Source: Bacteroidales bacterium
Lineage (GTDB): Bacteria > Bacteroidota > Bacteroidia > Bacteroidales > UBA1715
Length of the DNA: 64,000 nt
Direction: 5' to 3'
Assembly (NCBI GenBank): GCA_045615765.1
Contig: JAZLFM010000010.1
Coordinates: 99,428-163,427 of the forward strand
Shown here: piece after piece, positions 9,608 to 19,788 of the stretch
Position numbering within the stretch: the stretch's first letter is position 1
How the letters are laid out: each line of letters starts with the position of its first letter
Position numbers and translations under genes: made by a program
The notes under the pieces: generated by a model
What the model was told of the DNA's origin: nothing
What the model saw: the letters and a program-made list of their open reading frames with translations, nothing else
Databases searched by the model: none

Positions 9608-12600
9608 ATGAGAAAAATAATTTTCCTCGCAACACTTATTATCTCGTCATATTGTTCATTTTCGCAACAAATAATATTAAATGAGATTGTAGCAAAAAAC
9701 GCCAACTCCTACAGTAACGATCAGGAGAAATCTCCAGATTGGATTGAAATAAAAAACACATCCAATTCCGCTATACAACTTTCAAACTTCAGTCTTGCAA
9801 CAAAAGATTGCTTGAATGCGCCTTGGCAACTTCCAGACATACAATTGGCAGCAGGTGCTGTTACATTATTCGAAGCAAAAGATGCAGAATCAATAGCACA
9901 ATGGGAAACGGTTATTGATCTTGGTCATTCTTTTTCATACATTGTTCCTACTACGAACATCGCAAATTGGACAAAAGAAAATTTTGACGACAATGCTTGG
10001 AACAACGGCCCTTCTCCTATTGGATTTGGAGAAACAAACATTGCCAGTTCTGTTCCAACGGGAACACTATCTGTATTTTTACGAACTACATTCTCCATTA
10101 CCGACATACATGATATTTCCACAATAATGCTCCACATGGACTGCGACGATGGATTTATCGCCTATATCAATGGTACAGAAATAGCACGATCAAATATGAG
10201 CCAAAGCGAATATAATGCATTCGCAACAGATTACACCGACGGAGTTATTATCTTAGGTCAATCACCAAAATCGTATCGGTTCGATAACATTACCAATGTT
10301 TTACACGAAGGTAGTAATACATTTTGTGTACAAGTTCACAATTGTAATGCTACATCAAGCGACCTACTAGCAATTCCTATTTTAAGCATAGGTTATAAGA
10401 CAGCTAAAGAAAGTCGTGGAACAACATCACAATATTGCACGTTCTCAACAGGAGAAACATTTCCACATTCATTAGATGCGTCTTCCGACATTGTATATTT
10501 ACTAGAAGGTGGAAAAATTATAGATAGCATTGCCTGGAAAAACCTTCCTGTTGACATTTCTATTGGCAGAAAGAATGGAGACAACATAAACAGCTATTAT
10601 TTCAGCAAACCTACACCAAAAGCGCAAAACAGTTACGAAGCATTTGTTCCCGAAACTCTTGACAAACCAAAGTTATCCGTTCCTGCAAGCGTGTACACAT
10701 CAGGAACATTATTCTATGTTTCCGCCTACTCAAGCGAAAATGACGTAACCATCCGATACACAACAGACGGTTCTGAGCCAAATGAAGATTCAAAAGTCAT
10801 TCCAAAAAATATACTCATAACAGCTACGACAAACTTACGCGTACGAGCATTTCGGAATGGATATCTACCAAGTAAAACCACAACAGCAACATACCTTTTT
10901 CTTAACAGAGAACAAAATCTTCCTATTGCGTCTATTACAGCAAAAAAAGGAGATTTCTTCAGCAATACCGAAGGTATTTATATGCTAGGTCCAAATGCTT
11001 CAAAAGAAGAACCTTATTATGGAGCAAACTACTGGCAAGATTGGGAAAAGCCTATTCATTTTGAATATTTCGATGAATTCGGAGATTGCGTAGTTTCGCA
11101 AGATGCTGGCGTAAAGATTGGTGGCAACTGGAGCCGCGCGCAACCGCAGAAAACATTAAAAATATACGCTCGCGATGAATATGGAAAAGACGAGATGGAA
11201 TATCAATTTTTCAAAGACAAACCTATTTCTTCTTTCCACCTTATTTTATTACGAAATAGCGGTAACGATTTTAACAATACGCAAATGCGCGACGGCGTTA
11301 TTTCCGAGTTAGCAAAACAAATGGATATAGACCGCCAAGCATATCAACCTGCCATAGTTTTCATTAATGGTAAATACTATGGTATTCAAAATGTACGCGA
11401 AAAACAAAACAAACATTATGTTGCCGAAAACTACGGATACGACAAAGACGACATAGATGTTATAAAAAACAATGGAGAAGTTGCAGACGGAAATAACACT
11501 GATTATTTCATTATGCGAAACTTTATGGAAAACAAAGACTTATCCGACAATGCAAATTACGAACAAGCTAAACAATACATTGACATACAAAACTTTATCG
11601 ACTACAACATTTTGGAAATGTATGTAGTAAACGAAGACTGGCCAGGAAACAATATCGCATATTGGCATTCCCGTTCTGCAAACACACCTTGGCGTTACAT
11701 GCTTTTCGACGCCGATTTCGGACTGGGAATCTGGGATCTTGATAAGAAAGTCAATAAAAATATGTTTCAATGGTGTACTTTGCCAAATTCCAGTGATTAC
11801 GCAACTGCACCATGGTCAACAATTATACTACGTCAATTACTAAAAAACAGCGAGTTCAAAAGAGATTTTCTTAACAGTCTTGCTGACCGACTAAACACAA
11901 CCCTTTCTGCATATTCAGTAAATCACACTATTGATTCTGTTTACGAAATCATAGATAATGAAATGTACTACCATAAACAAAAATGGGGAGACAATTGGCA
12001 AGAAGGTTGGCTCAAACAAATGAAAGATTTCGGAAGTCGTAGAGATGATATTATGAGAAGACAAGCCGAAACCTTCTTTTCTACTAACGGCAGTTACAAA
12101 TTAACCATTTCTTCTTCGCACAAAAATGCCGGTTTTATTCGCCTTAACAGCATAACTGTTTCGACTTTCCCTTGGTCTGGAAAATATTTCAACAACAACA
12201 CAATTTCCTTGACGGCTATTGCAAAACCTGGATACAACTTTGTGCGTTGGGAAGGTGCAGTTAATTCTACAGAAAAAACTATCACTATCACCGCAAATCA
12301 AGCGACAAACATTACTGCCGTTTACGAACATGTAGGAAACGAGCCTCAGATTTCATTCACTGAGATTTATTATCACACATACAAAAATGACGAGACGAAA
12401 TGGATAGAATTATGTAACGACAACAACACACAACAAACTCTTGACATATCTAATTGGACACTTACACTCGATAGATATAATCAGACATTTACATTTCCTG
12501 AAGGAAGTTCTTTGGGAACAGAAAAAAATCCAAATATTCTCGTGTTAGCAAAAAACAAAGAACGTTTTTGTACAAAATATCCCGATGTTCCCGCAGAGTC

Positions 12601-13558
12601 AGTCATTGGAAATATAGATGTCGACTTTCCTAAAGATTTTGCAACCGTAACATTGCGAAACGAAAACGGTTGCAAGATGGCAGAGTTGTTCTACTCCGAC
12701 GAATTTGCACATGCTCAAAAAGCAGATGGATATGGGTACTCCTGCGATTTCAAATACGGAAATTACGCATGCGCCCACACTCTAGGAGGAACACCATTAC
12801 AAGTCAATCTCACCGAAGAAGACATTACCCCAGAGCGATGGCCTATAATTACAGAAATAAACTTTGCACCAAGCAAGACATTTGACTCTGGTGACTGGAT
12901 TGAGATATACAACCCTGACAAATACGCTACTTTCAACTTGAAAGATTGGATGATTAAAGATGATGGAGGTAAAATATCTGTAATCTATGATGAAATAACT
13001 ATTGCTCCAGGTGAATACATTGTTTTTGCAAACAATACTGAAAAGTTCCATAACATCTACCCAGATGTACCTTGTTACCAATTAAACTTGTCGTTAAACA
13101 ACTACCAAGACGGTATTTCACTATATAATAAATACGAACGACGAGTAAATTCAGTATCATATTCTATGTTTGACGGCAAATGGGCAACTAACACATTCAA
13201 AACAGGAAGAACACTTTCGCTTCGCGATTACAATTCAAACAACGCCTCTGGTAAAAATTGGTCTGCAAGTAAAAGTTATGGAACACCAGGAAGAGAAAAC
13301 GATTACATTCTAACCGCTATACCAGAGAATGAGAAAATTCAAATTGCTGCTTATCCAAATCCATGTAGTGAATATCTCATTATTGAATGTGAAGGAACCT
13401 TTATCTACGAAATTGTTACGACGAATGGCATCGTAATAAATTCAGAGGAAGCAAACGACCAAACACAAATACAAACAAACGAACTTCCAACAGGAATCTA
13501 TTTCATTGTAATTTACCAAGGAGACCAAACAACAATAAGAAAAATCGTAAAAGAATAG
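9608..13558 (+). CDS. CotH kinase family protein with three lamin-tail domains, a Fn3_assoc-like domain and a T9SS type-A C-terminal sorting domain
   Basis: 1316 aa; the ATG directly follows the upstream stop.
- Lamin-tail motifs: IILNEIVAKN...DWIEIKNTS, ISFTEIYYH...KWIELCND, IITEINFAP...DWIEIYNPD.
- CotH core: VKIGGNWSRAQPQKTLKIYA, LRNSGNDFNNTQMRDGV, INGKYYGIQNVREK, DWPGNNIAYW...MLFDADFGLG.
- The C-terminus (AAYPNPCSEYL...TGIYFIVIYQGDQTTIRKIVKE) is a Por secretion tail. Confidence 0.85.
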   Translation: MRKIIFLATLIISSYCSFSQQIILNEIVAKNANSYSNDQEKSPDWIEIKNTSNSAIQLSNFSLATKDCLNAPWQLPDIQLAAGAVTLFEAKDAESIAQWETVIDLGHSFSYIVPTTNIANWTKENFDDNAWNNGPSPIGFGETNIASSVPTGTLSVFLRTTFSITDIHDISTIMLHMDCDDGFIAYINGTEIARSNMSQSEYNAFATDYTDGVIILGQSPKSYRFDNITNVLHEGSNTFCVQVHNCNATSSDLLAIPILSIGYKTAKESRGTTSQYCTFSTGETFPHSLDASSDIVYLLEGGKIIDSIAWKNLPVDISIGRKNGDNINSYYFSKPTPKAQNSYEAFVPETLDKPKLSVPASVYTSGTLFYVSAYSSENDVTIRYTTDGSEPNEDSKVIPKNILITATTNLRVRAFRNGYLPSKTTTATYLFLNREQNLPIASITAKKGDFFSNTEGIYMLGPNASKEEPYYGANYWQDWEKPIHFEYFDEFGDCVVSQDAGVKIGGNWSRAQPQKTLKIYARDEYGKDEMEYQFFKDKPISSFHLILLRNSGNDFNNTQMRDGVISELAKQMDIDRQAYQPAIVFINGKYYGIQNVREKQNKHYVAENYGYDKDDIDVIKNNGEVADGNNTDYFIMRNFMENKDLSDNANYEQAKQYIDIQNFIDYNILEMYVVNEDWPGNNIAYWHSRSANTPWRYMLFDADFGLGIWDLDKKVNKNMFQWCTLPNSSDYATAPWSTIILRQLLKNSEFKRDFLNSLADRLNTTLSAYSVNHTIDSVYEIIDNEMYYHKQKWGDNWQEGWLKQMKDFGSRRDDIMRRQAETFFSTNGSYKLTISSSHKNAGFIRLNSITVSTFPWSGKYFNNNTISLTAIAKPGYNFVRWEGAVNSTEKTITITANQATNITAVYEHVGNEPQISFTEIYYHTYKNDETKWIELCNDNNTQQTLDISNWTLTLDRYNQTFTFPEGSSLGTEKNPNILVLAKNKERFCTKYPDVPAESVIGNIDVDFPKDFATVTLRNENGCKMAELFYSDEFAHAQKADGYGYSCDFKYGNYACAHTLGGTPLQVNLTEEDITPERWPIITEINFAPSKTFDSGDWIEIYNPDKYATFNLKDWMIKDDGGKISVIYDEITIAPGEYIVFANNTEKFHNIYPDVPCYQLNLSLNNYQDGISLYNKYERRVNSVSYSMFDGKWATNTFKTGRTLSLRDYNSNNASGKNWSASKSYGTPGRENDYILTAIPENEKIQIAAYPNPCSEYLIIECEGTFIYEIVTTNGIVINSEEANDQTQIQTNELPTGIYFIVIYQGDQTTIRKIVKE

Positions 13559-13639
13559 CGAATAACACGAAGGTTACGCTAGGTTGTCAACAATTATGAA
13601 TACTTATTAACAACAGACTTTTGTTTGGTAAGAAATTTC

Positions 13640-13647
13640 TATTTTTG
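13640..13647 (+). promoter_or_regulatory. -7 box TATTTTTG for the Lys-rich protein / TPR / polA string
   Basis: Exact TAnnTTTG match 27 nt upstream of the ATG at 13675. Confidence 0.4.
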
Positions 13648-13674
13648 AAATCGGTAAAAAATGATTATTGAACT

Positions 13675-14226
13675 ATGAGATTTAGTAAACTTGTTCTGTT
13701 ATTAGGAATGTTGATAGTAAGTACTACAGCATTTGCCCAGTATGACGACGATGAAACTGTACAATCAAGAAAGAGTACACATAAAAAGGAAAAAGTACAT
13801 TCTGGTCCTGCGGCAAAAAGTCGCGACATGAAGAAGCAAGACAACTTCAAATCAAGTGTAAACAAGACTACACACTTGAGTAAGAAAGAACAAGCAAAGC
13901 TACAAGCAAAGAAGGAAAAAGAACATCAAAAACGTTTCGAGGCTAACCGCAAGAGAATGCAGGATAAAAAGACTTTGAAACGCATGAAACAAAACGAGAA
14001 ATATTCATATCGCACAAATGCGGCGAAAGGAAAATCATGGCAAAGTCGAAAGCATGATTCTAAAACAACGAAAGCAAACAAAAAACGAGCGAAAGCACTC
14101 GAAAAACGACAAGACGAAGCACGCGATAGATACGAAAACAAAGACTACAAACCAGGAGCACGAAAAACTACTCGTAAAGGTAAAATTCGCGAATTCCAAA
14201 ATCCGTTTAAACGAGACAAGAAATAA
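13675..14226 (+). CDS. Exported, extremely basic (Lys/Arg-rich) low-complexity protein
   Basis: 183 aa with signal peptide MRFSKLVLLLGMLIVSTTAFA. I counted 55 K/R among the 162 mature residues. The stop overlaps the next ATG (TAATG at 14224-14228). No family recognised. Confidence 0.6.
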   Translation: MRFSKLVLLLGMLIVSTTAFAQYDDDETVQSRKSTHKKEKVHSGPAAKSRDMKKQDNFKSSVNKTTHLSKKEQAKLQAKKEKEHQKRFEANRKRMQDKKTLKRMKQNEKYSYRTNAAKGKSWQSRKHDSKTTKANKKRAKALEKRQDEARDRYENKDYKPGARKTTRKGKIREFQNPFKRDKK

Positions 14227-15173
14227 TGAAACGCTATTGCTGGGAAATAGTTATTGCTCTGCTTATTTCAATAACAGCACAAGCCCAACAATGTGATTCT
14301 CTCTACATTGCCTCACTAAAGTTATATGATAGAGAAAATTATAACGGTTCATTAGAGGCAATAAATAGCGTTATTGCAAACTGTGGCAACAAAGTTGACT
14401 ATCAACTGCACCGAGCAAAATGTTATTCCGAACTGAAAGATACCAAGGGTAAACTAGCCGCTCTTAACGCGGCTTTAGCCCTTGATTCAAATTGTATCGC
14501 AGCTTTATCAGAAAAAGCAGCAATGTATATGTCGGCCGATATATATTCGTCTGCAATAAAATGCTACACAAAAATATTATCGCTTGTCCCAACAACAGAC
14601 ACAACCGTCCGCCTATACCTTACAAATCTTGGCGCATTGTATGTACATACAAACCAAAATACCAAAGCATTCAACTTACTTTGGGATTATTGCCAAAAAG
14701 ATTCTTCGACGGACAATGAACATTTGCTAATTAACCTTGCTGCATCTGCTATCTACATAGGGAAATACACGGAAGCAGAATGGGCCCTATCCAAGATACT
14801 AAGTGACAATCCCGCGAATGTAAAAGCGCTTGTTAATATGGGACTTTGCAAAGAAGGTCAAAAAGAATATGAGTCTGCAATCTCATATTACGACAAAGCA
14901 ATGACATTAGTTCCTGATGACGCATACGCGTGGAATAACCGTGGTTTTGCCTACTATATGCAAGGAGATTACAAATCTGCTCTTAACGACATAGAAAAAT
15001 CTCTCAGTATCGATCCTTCAAATTCATACGCATATAAAAACAAAGCCTTAGTTTTAATTGCGATGGGAAAGAAAAAAGATGCTTGTAAAAATCTAGAACA
15101 AGCTATCGCAACAGGATTCACCGAAATGTATGGCAACGAAGTTCTGCAATTAATAGAACAAAACTGCCGCTAA
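14226..15173 (+). CDS. Tetratricopeptide (TPR) repeat protein with signal peptide
   Basis: 315 aa. It contains repeated 34-residue TPR-like units (e.g. AYAWNNRGFAYYMQGDYKSALNDIEKSLSIDPSNSYAYKNKA). Confidence 0.75.
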   Translation: MKRYCWEIVIALLISITAQAQQCDSLYIASLKLYDRENYNGSLEAINSVIANCGNKVDYQLHRAKCYSELKDTKGKLAALNAALALDSNCIAALSEKAAMYMSADIYSSAIKCYTKILSLVPTTDTTVRLYLTNLGALYVHTNQNTKAFNLLWDYCQKDSSTDNEHLLINLAASAIYIGKYTEAEWALSKILSDNPANVKALVNMGLCKEGQKEYESAISYYDKAMTLVPDDAYAWNNRGFAYYMQGDYKSALNDIEKSLSIDPSNSYAYKNKALVLIAMGKKKDACKNLEQAIATGFTEMYGNEVLQLIEQNCR

Positions 15174-15185
15174 AATACTACCACA

Positions 15186-17948
15186 ATGGAAGAAAAGAAA
15201 CTGTTTCTCATAGACGGACACGCCGTTTTATACCGATCATATTTTGCATTCATTAACAATCCTCGTATAAATTCCAAGGGTGTTAATACCTCAGCAGTTT
15301 TTGGATTCGTGAACACAATCTATGAGATGATGCGTTCGCAAAAACCTACTCACATTGGAGTGGTATTCGACCCAAAAGGGAAAACATTTCGCCATACGAT
15401 GTACGAAGCCTATAAGGCTAACCGACAAGCTACTCCCGAAGACCTAAAGGCAGCGATACCCGAGGTCATAGAAATAATTCAAGCTATGAATATCCCGGTT
15501 GTACAAATCGAAGGATACGAGGCTGACGATGTAATCGGAACACTTGCAAAACAAGCTGCCCGCAAAGACTTTATGGTCTATATGGTTACACCAGATAAAG
15601 ACTATGCCCAATTAGTCGAAGACTCAATTTATATGTACCGCCTAGGACACAACGGCATAGACATTATGGGACCACAACAAGTTGCCGACAAGTTTTCAGT
15701 TAAAAGACCTGAACAAGTTATCGACCTATTGGGACTCTGGGGCGATAGCGCCGACAATATTCCTGGAGCTCCAGGTGTAGGCGAAAAAACAGCCAAAGCA
15801 CTCATTGCACAATACGATAGCATTGAAGGCATCTATGAACACATCGAAGAACTAAAAGGAAAACAAAAGGAAAAAATGATTGCGGCAAAAGAACAAGTTC
15901 TTTTATCGAAAGAACTTGCCACAATTTGCACACAAGTTCCTATCTCCTTCGACGACTATAACTTTGAGAAGGAACCTTTTAATGCCGATGCTTTACAAGC
16001 AAAATTCACAGAACTAGAATTTGTAGGATTGGCTCAAAAGATGCTAAAAACAACCATAGAACCACAAAAGATAGAGAAGAAAGTTGTAGAACAAAACACA
16101 TCGGACACACAGTTAGATTTATTCGCAGAACCTGCTACTACACAGCAAGAACCTGTACAAACACAGAATTTTCAAAACTACCATATTGTTAGAGACGTAG
16201 ATTCATTCTTAAAGTTGTTATCTAAACAGCTAACTATCAGTTACACAATATGTACTGACACAACAACGACTGTTGATGCGCGTATTCTCGGTTTTGCTTT
16301 TGCTTGGAAATATGGGGAAGCTCATTATGTGGCTGTGCCTACAAATCCTGACGAGCATAACGAACTCATACAAAAACTAAAACCTATCTTTAATTCGTGC
16401 TCTAAAAAATTCACATACGACATAAAGCAAAGTGTATCAATACTTTCGCACTACGACATCAACATTTATGGTGAATTACACGATATACAACTTGCACATT
16501 ATGTTCTACAACCAGAATTACGACATTCATTAGACACTATTGCAAGACAATATTTAGGTGCAAAAATGCTTCGTATTGAAGATTTTTCGAATACAAAAGC
16601 GGCACAATTCTCATTTAAAAATTGTTCGTTAGACCAACAGAAAAACTACTTCTGCGAACAAGCCGACATTATTTTTCAAACGGCTCCTTTAATTGAAAAA
16701 GAACTTAACGAACGAAATCAGTATGACCTATATCTAAAAATAGAATGTCCTTTAGCTTCCGTATTAAGCAAGATGGAAATGGCTGGCGTAAAAATTGATT
16801 CTAACGCATTACATACATCATCGAAAACGATAAGCGAAGAAGTACAAAAGATAGAAAATCGCATATATGAATTGGCTGGTGAAACATTTAATATTGGTTC
16901 ACCAAAACAATTAGGAGAAATATTATTTGACAAACTCGCAATTGTAGAAAAAGCCAAGAAAACAAAGACCAAGCAATACGCCACAGGCGAAGAAGTTCTC
17001 GACAAACTTCGTGATACTCACGAGATTATTCCTTTAATTTTGGAATATCGAGAAATGAAGAAATTGCTTTCTACTTACATCGATGCTTTACCACAATTGG
17101 TAAATGCACGCACGGGGAAAATACACGCTTCGTTCAACCAAGCGGTAGTCGCAACCGGCCGACTAAGTTCCACAAACCCCAACCTTCAGAATATTCCTGT
17201 CCGTACCGAAATGGGACGAGAAATACGCAAGGTTTTCATTCCATCCGAACCTGGAAATATTTTCTTATCTGCAGATTACTCCCAAATAGAACTCCGACTT
17301 ATCGCCCACTTTAGCGGTGACGAGCATTTTATTTCTGCATTCAAGAACGGAGAAGATATACACCGCGCAACTGCTGCCAAAATATTCGGTGTTTCGTTGG
17401 AAGAAGTTACAGCAGACCAAAGAAGAAAAGCTAAATCTGCAAACTTTGCCATATCTTACGGAACTACAGCATTTGGTCTTTCGCAGACATTAAATATCCC
17501 TCGCAAAGAAGCACAAGAATTAATAGACAGTTACTTTGCCAACTATCCGAAAGTAAAAGCTTTAATGGATTCGTATATAGATATGGCACGCAATAAAGGT
17601 TATGTAGAAACTATGTTCAACCGTCGTAGGTATTTACCTGACATCAACTCGCAAAATGCCACTATACGCGGTGTAGCAGAGCGAAATGCCATTAACGCAC
17701 CTGTACAAGGTTCAGCTGCCGATATTATAAAAATTGCAATGATAAACATTGCAACGAAAATGGAAGAACAAAAACTTCGTAGCCGTATGATTTTACAAGT
17801 ACACGACGAACTCAATTTCGATGTGTTCCCCGATGAATTAGATACGATGAAGAAAATTGTTACAGAAGAAATGCAAAATGCGGTAACATTGCAAGTACCA
17901 CTTATTGCAGAAATGGGAGTAGGAACAAACTGGTTAGAAGCGCATTAG
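15186..17948 (+). CDS. polA: DNA polymerase I
   Basis: 920 aa. The 5'-nuclease N-terminus reads LFLIDGHAVLYRSYFA. Family-A polymerase motifs are present: A (LSADYSQIELR), B (RRKAKSANFAISYG) and C (ILQVHDELNF). Confidence 0.97.
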   Translation: MEEKKLFLIDGHAVLYRSYFAFINNPRINSKGVNTSAVFGFVNTIYEMMRSQKPTHIGVVFDPKGKTFRHTMYEAYKANRQATPEDLKAAIPEVIEIIQAMNIPVVQIEGYEADDVIGTLAKQAARKDFMVYMVTPDKDYAQLVEDSIYMYRLGHNGIDIMGPQQVADKFSVKRPEQVIDLLGLWGDSADNIPGAPGVGEKTAKALIAQYDSIEGIYEHIEELKGKQKEKMIAAKEQVLLSKELATICTQVPISFDDYNFEKEPFNADALQAKFTELEFVGLAQKMLKTTIEPQKIEKKVVEQNTSDTQLDLFAEPATTQQEPVQTQNFQNYHIVRDVDSFLKLLSKQLTISYTICTDTTTTVDARILGFAFAWKYGEAHYVAVPTNPDEHNELIQKLKPIFNSCSKKFTYDIKQSVSILSHYDINIYGELHDIQLAHYVLQPELRHSLDTIARQYLGAKMLRIEDFSNTKAAQFSFKNCSLDQQKNYFCEQADIIFQTAPLIEKELNERNQYDLYLKIECPLASVLSKMEMAGVKIDSNALHTSSKTISEEVQKIENRIYELAGETFNIGSPKQLGEILFDKLAIVEKAKKTKTKQYATGEEVLDKLRDTHEIIPLILEYREMKKLLSTYIDALPQLVNARTGKIHASFNQAVVATGRLSSTNPNLQNIPVRTEMGREIRKVFIPSEPGNIFLSADYSQIELRLIAHFSGDEHFISAFKNGEDIHRATAAKIFGVSLEEVTADQRRKAKSANFAISYGTTAFGLSQTLNIPRKEAQELIDSYFANYPKVKALMDSYIDMARNKGYVETMFNRRRYLPDINSQNATIRGVAERNAINAPVQGSAADIIKIAMINIATKMEEQKLRSRMILQVHDELNFDVFPDELDTMKKIVTEEMQNAVTLQVPLIAEMGVGTNWLEAH

Positions 17949-17958
17949 AAATGTAAAA

Positions 17959-18441
17959 CTACATTTTCTTCACATAATTTGTTGTAGAAAATCCAGTAAC
18001 AAAATCAATAGTTTTCACTTCGCCACCATTGGCAAGGACTTCTTTTGCACCAACAATGTTTTCAACCGAGTAGTCACTTCCTTTTACAAGAACATCGGGA
18101 AGTAACGACGAAATTAGGTTCAACGGCGTATCTTCATCAAACAAGATAACAAGATCTATAAACTCAAAACTTGCAATCGTCAAAGCCCTTGATTCTTCTT
18201 CTTTTATTGGACGACTCTCGCCTTTCAATCTTTTAATAGACGCGTCTGTATTCAATCCTAATATCAATTTTGATCCAAGGTCTCGTGCCTTTGCCAAATA
18301 GTAAATATGTCCTTTATGGATTATATCGAAACAACCATTGGTAAACACTATCTTTTCGCCTTGTTTTTTCCAACCATCAACAATTTGTAACGCCTCATCT
18401 AGTGAAACAATTTTATGCAATATTGTATCTAACTGATTCAT
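17959..18441 (-). CDS. rfaE2: D-glycero-beta-D-manno-heptose 1-phosphate adenylyltransferase (stand-alone RfaE/HldE domain II)
   Basis: 160 aa. FTNGCFDIIHKGHIYYL (HxGH), NTDASIKRLKGESRPI and LLPDVLVKGSDY are colinear with the C-terminal domain of E. coli HldE as I remember it. Confidence 0.8.
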   Translation of the reverse strand: MNQLDTILHKIVSLDEALQIVDGWKKQGEKIVFTNGCFDIIHKGHIYYLAKARDLGSKLILGLNTDASIKRLKGESRPIKEEESRALTIASFEFIDLVILFDEDTPLNLISSLLPDVLVKGSDYSVENIVGAKEVLANGGEVKTIDFVTGFSTTNYVKKM

Positions 18442-19430
18442 TGATTTTGCTTTTTACGAAAAACGAAAAATAAAGAAACTAGGCCTAAAAGTATCTCTAG
18501 AATCAACTGCGATTCATGGCTAATTGTTGCGTATAACAGTCCTACCGAATTGAAATCTAAATTATAGATTGTAAGAGCCAATGCAACGATATAATGATAA
18601 GCACCTATTCCACCTTGTACAGGAACTGCCATACCAATACTTCCAACCACCAACAAGAATAACCCATCAGCAAGACCAAGATGCGCAGTCGCAGGCAAAG
18701 CTAAACAAACAAACCAGGTCATTATCCAATAGCAAAGCCACAATGCTATTGTGTAAAAAACAAACAGACCTCGTTTTTCTAGTTTATATACCGAGGACAA
18801 TCCCTCGAATATACCTTTACAGAATGATTTTATTTTATCAACGAACACATTGTTTTTTCCCTTAAATATGAAATACAACACGATTCCAACCAACAAGGCT
18901 GCGCCTATTAAAACATATATATTCAAAGAAATAGACGAAAAGCGTGCCGCCGTAGGAGCTAAGACTTTGTCACTAATAAAAGCGCCAAATAAATCAATTT
19001 GTAGGAAAAATGTAATAAACGCCAGCAAAAGCGTCACCAATACATCAAATGCACGTTCAACAATAACCGTCCCGATAAGTGTATCGAACGGAAGTTTTTC
19101 GGTTCTGTTCAAAGCACCACATCGTGCTATTTCGCCCACACGAGGCAATGCAAGATTGGCAAAATAGCCAAACATTTCTGCCCAGAAAGCATTTGCAAGA
19201 CCTGGTTTATGATCACAAGTAGATTCAATAAGAAGATTCCATCGTGCCGCACGACAGAGATAGGCAATCATAGCCAGCACAAGTGCAAAACCTATCCACA
19301 CGAAATTAGCGTGGATAATGTCATTCCACATTGCAGAAAAATCTACATCCTTAAAGACGAAAAATAGTAAGCCCACTCCTATCAGAGCAAAAACAATGTA
19401 CGATATTGTTTTTGAAAGGCTTTTATTCAT
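18438..19430 (-). CDS. Flippase-like membrane protein (LPG-synthase TM region, UPF0104 family)
   Basis: 330 aa with about 8 TM segments and the family-typical CRAARWNLLIES motif. It overlaps the rfaE2 start by 4 nt. Confidence 0.6.
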   Translation of the reverse strand: MNKSLSKTISYIVFALIGVGLLFFVFKDVDFSAMWNDIIHANFVWIGFALVLAMIAYLCRAARWNLLIESTCDHKPGLANAFWAEMFGYFANLALPRVGEIARCGALNRTEKLPFDTLIGTVIVERAFDVLVTLLLAFITFFLQIDLFGAFISDKVLAPTAARFSSISLNIYVLIGAALLVGIVLYFIFKGKNNVFVDKIKSFCKGIFEGLSSVYKLEKRGLFVFYTIALWLCYWIMTWFVCLALPATAHLGLADGLFLLVVGSIGMAVPVQGGIGAYHYIVALALTIYNLDFNSVGLLYATISHESQLILEILLGLVSLFFVFRKKQNQ

Positions 19431-19433
19431 ATA

Positions 19434-19784
19434 CTACACTAATTTATTGGTAGCAGTATCAGGGAAGACAACAGAAGGAGTGAATGTTTTTGCTTCTTCA
19501 AAATCCATTTGCGCATACGAAATAACTATGGCAATGTCGCCCACGGTAAACTTATGCGCAGCAGGTCCATTAAGACAAACAACACCACTATTGCGATCAC
19601 CCTTAATCGCGTATGTTTCGATGCGTTCTCCCGTATTTAAATTCAAAACCTGAACCTTTTCGTTTGGAATAATATTAGCAGCCTCCATCAATGCTTCATC
19701 AAGAGTTATGCTTCCGATATAGTTTAGATTTGCCTCAGTAACAGTTACTCGATGAATCTTCGACTTCATTACTTCTATCATCAT
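19434..19784 (-). CDS. panD: Aspartate 1-decarboxylase
   Basis: [24 protein letters not shown] carries the Gly-Ser self-processing site. I prefer the ATG at 19784 (MMIEVMKSK...) because the track start at 19817 would overlap the panC 3' end. Confidence 0.9.
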   Translation of the reverse strand: MMIEVMKSKIHRVTVTEANLNYIGSITLDEALMEAANIIPNEKVQVLNLNTGERIETYAIKGDRNSGVVCLNGPAAHKFTVGDIAIVISYAQMDFEEAKTFTPSVVFPDTATNKLV

Positions 19785-19788
19785 AGTG

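Noticed and set aside
13675-14226. Histone-like or nucleoid-associated role for the Lys-rich protein.
   Set aside because: A clear N-terminal signal peptide predicts export, which is incompatible with a nucleoid function.
17948-17967. Hairpin GAAATGTA-AAAC-TACATTTT between the convergent polA and rfaE2 genes, as a possible terminator.
   Set aside because: It is AT-rich with a 7-8-bp stem and overlaps the rfaE2 stop codon, and it has no proper T-run. It is too weak to call.
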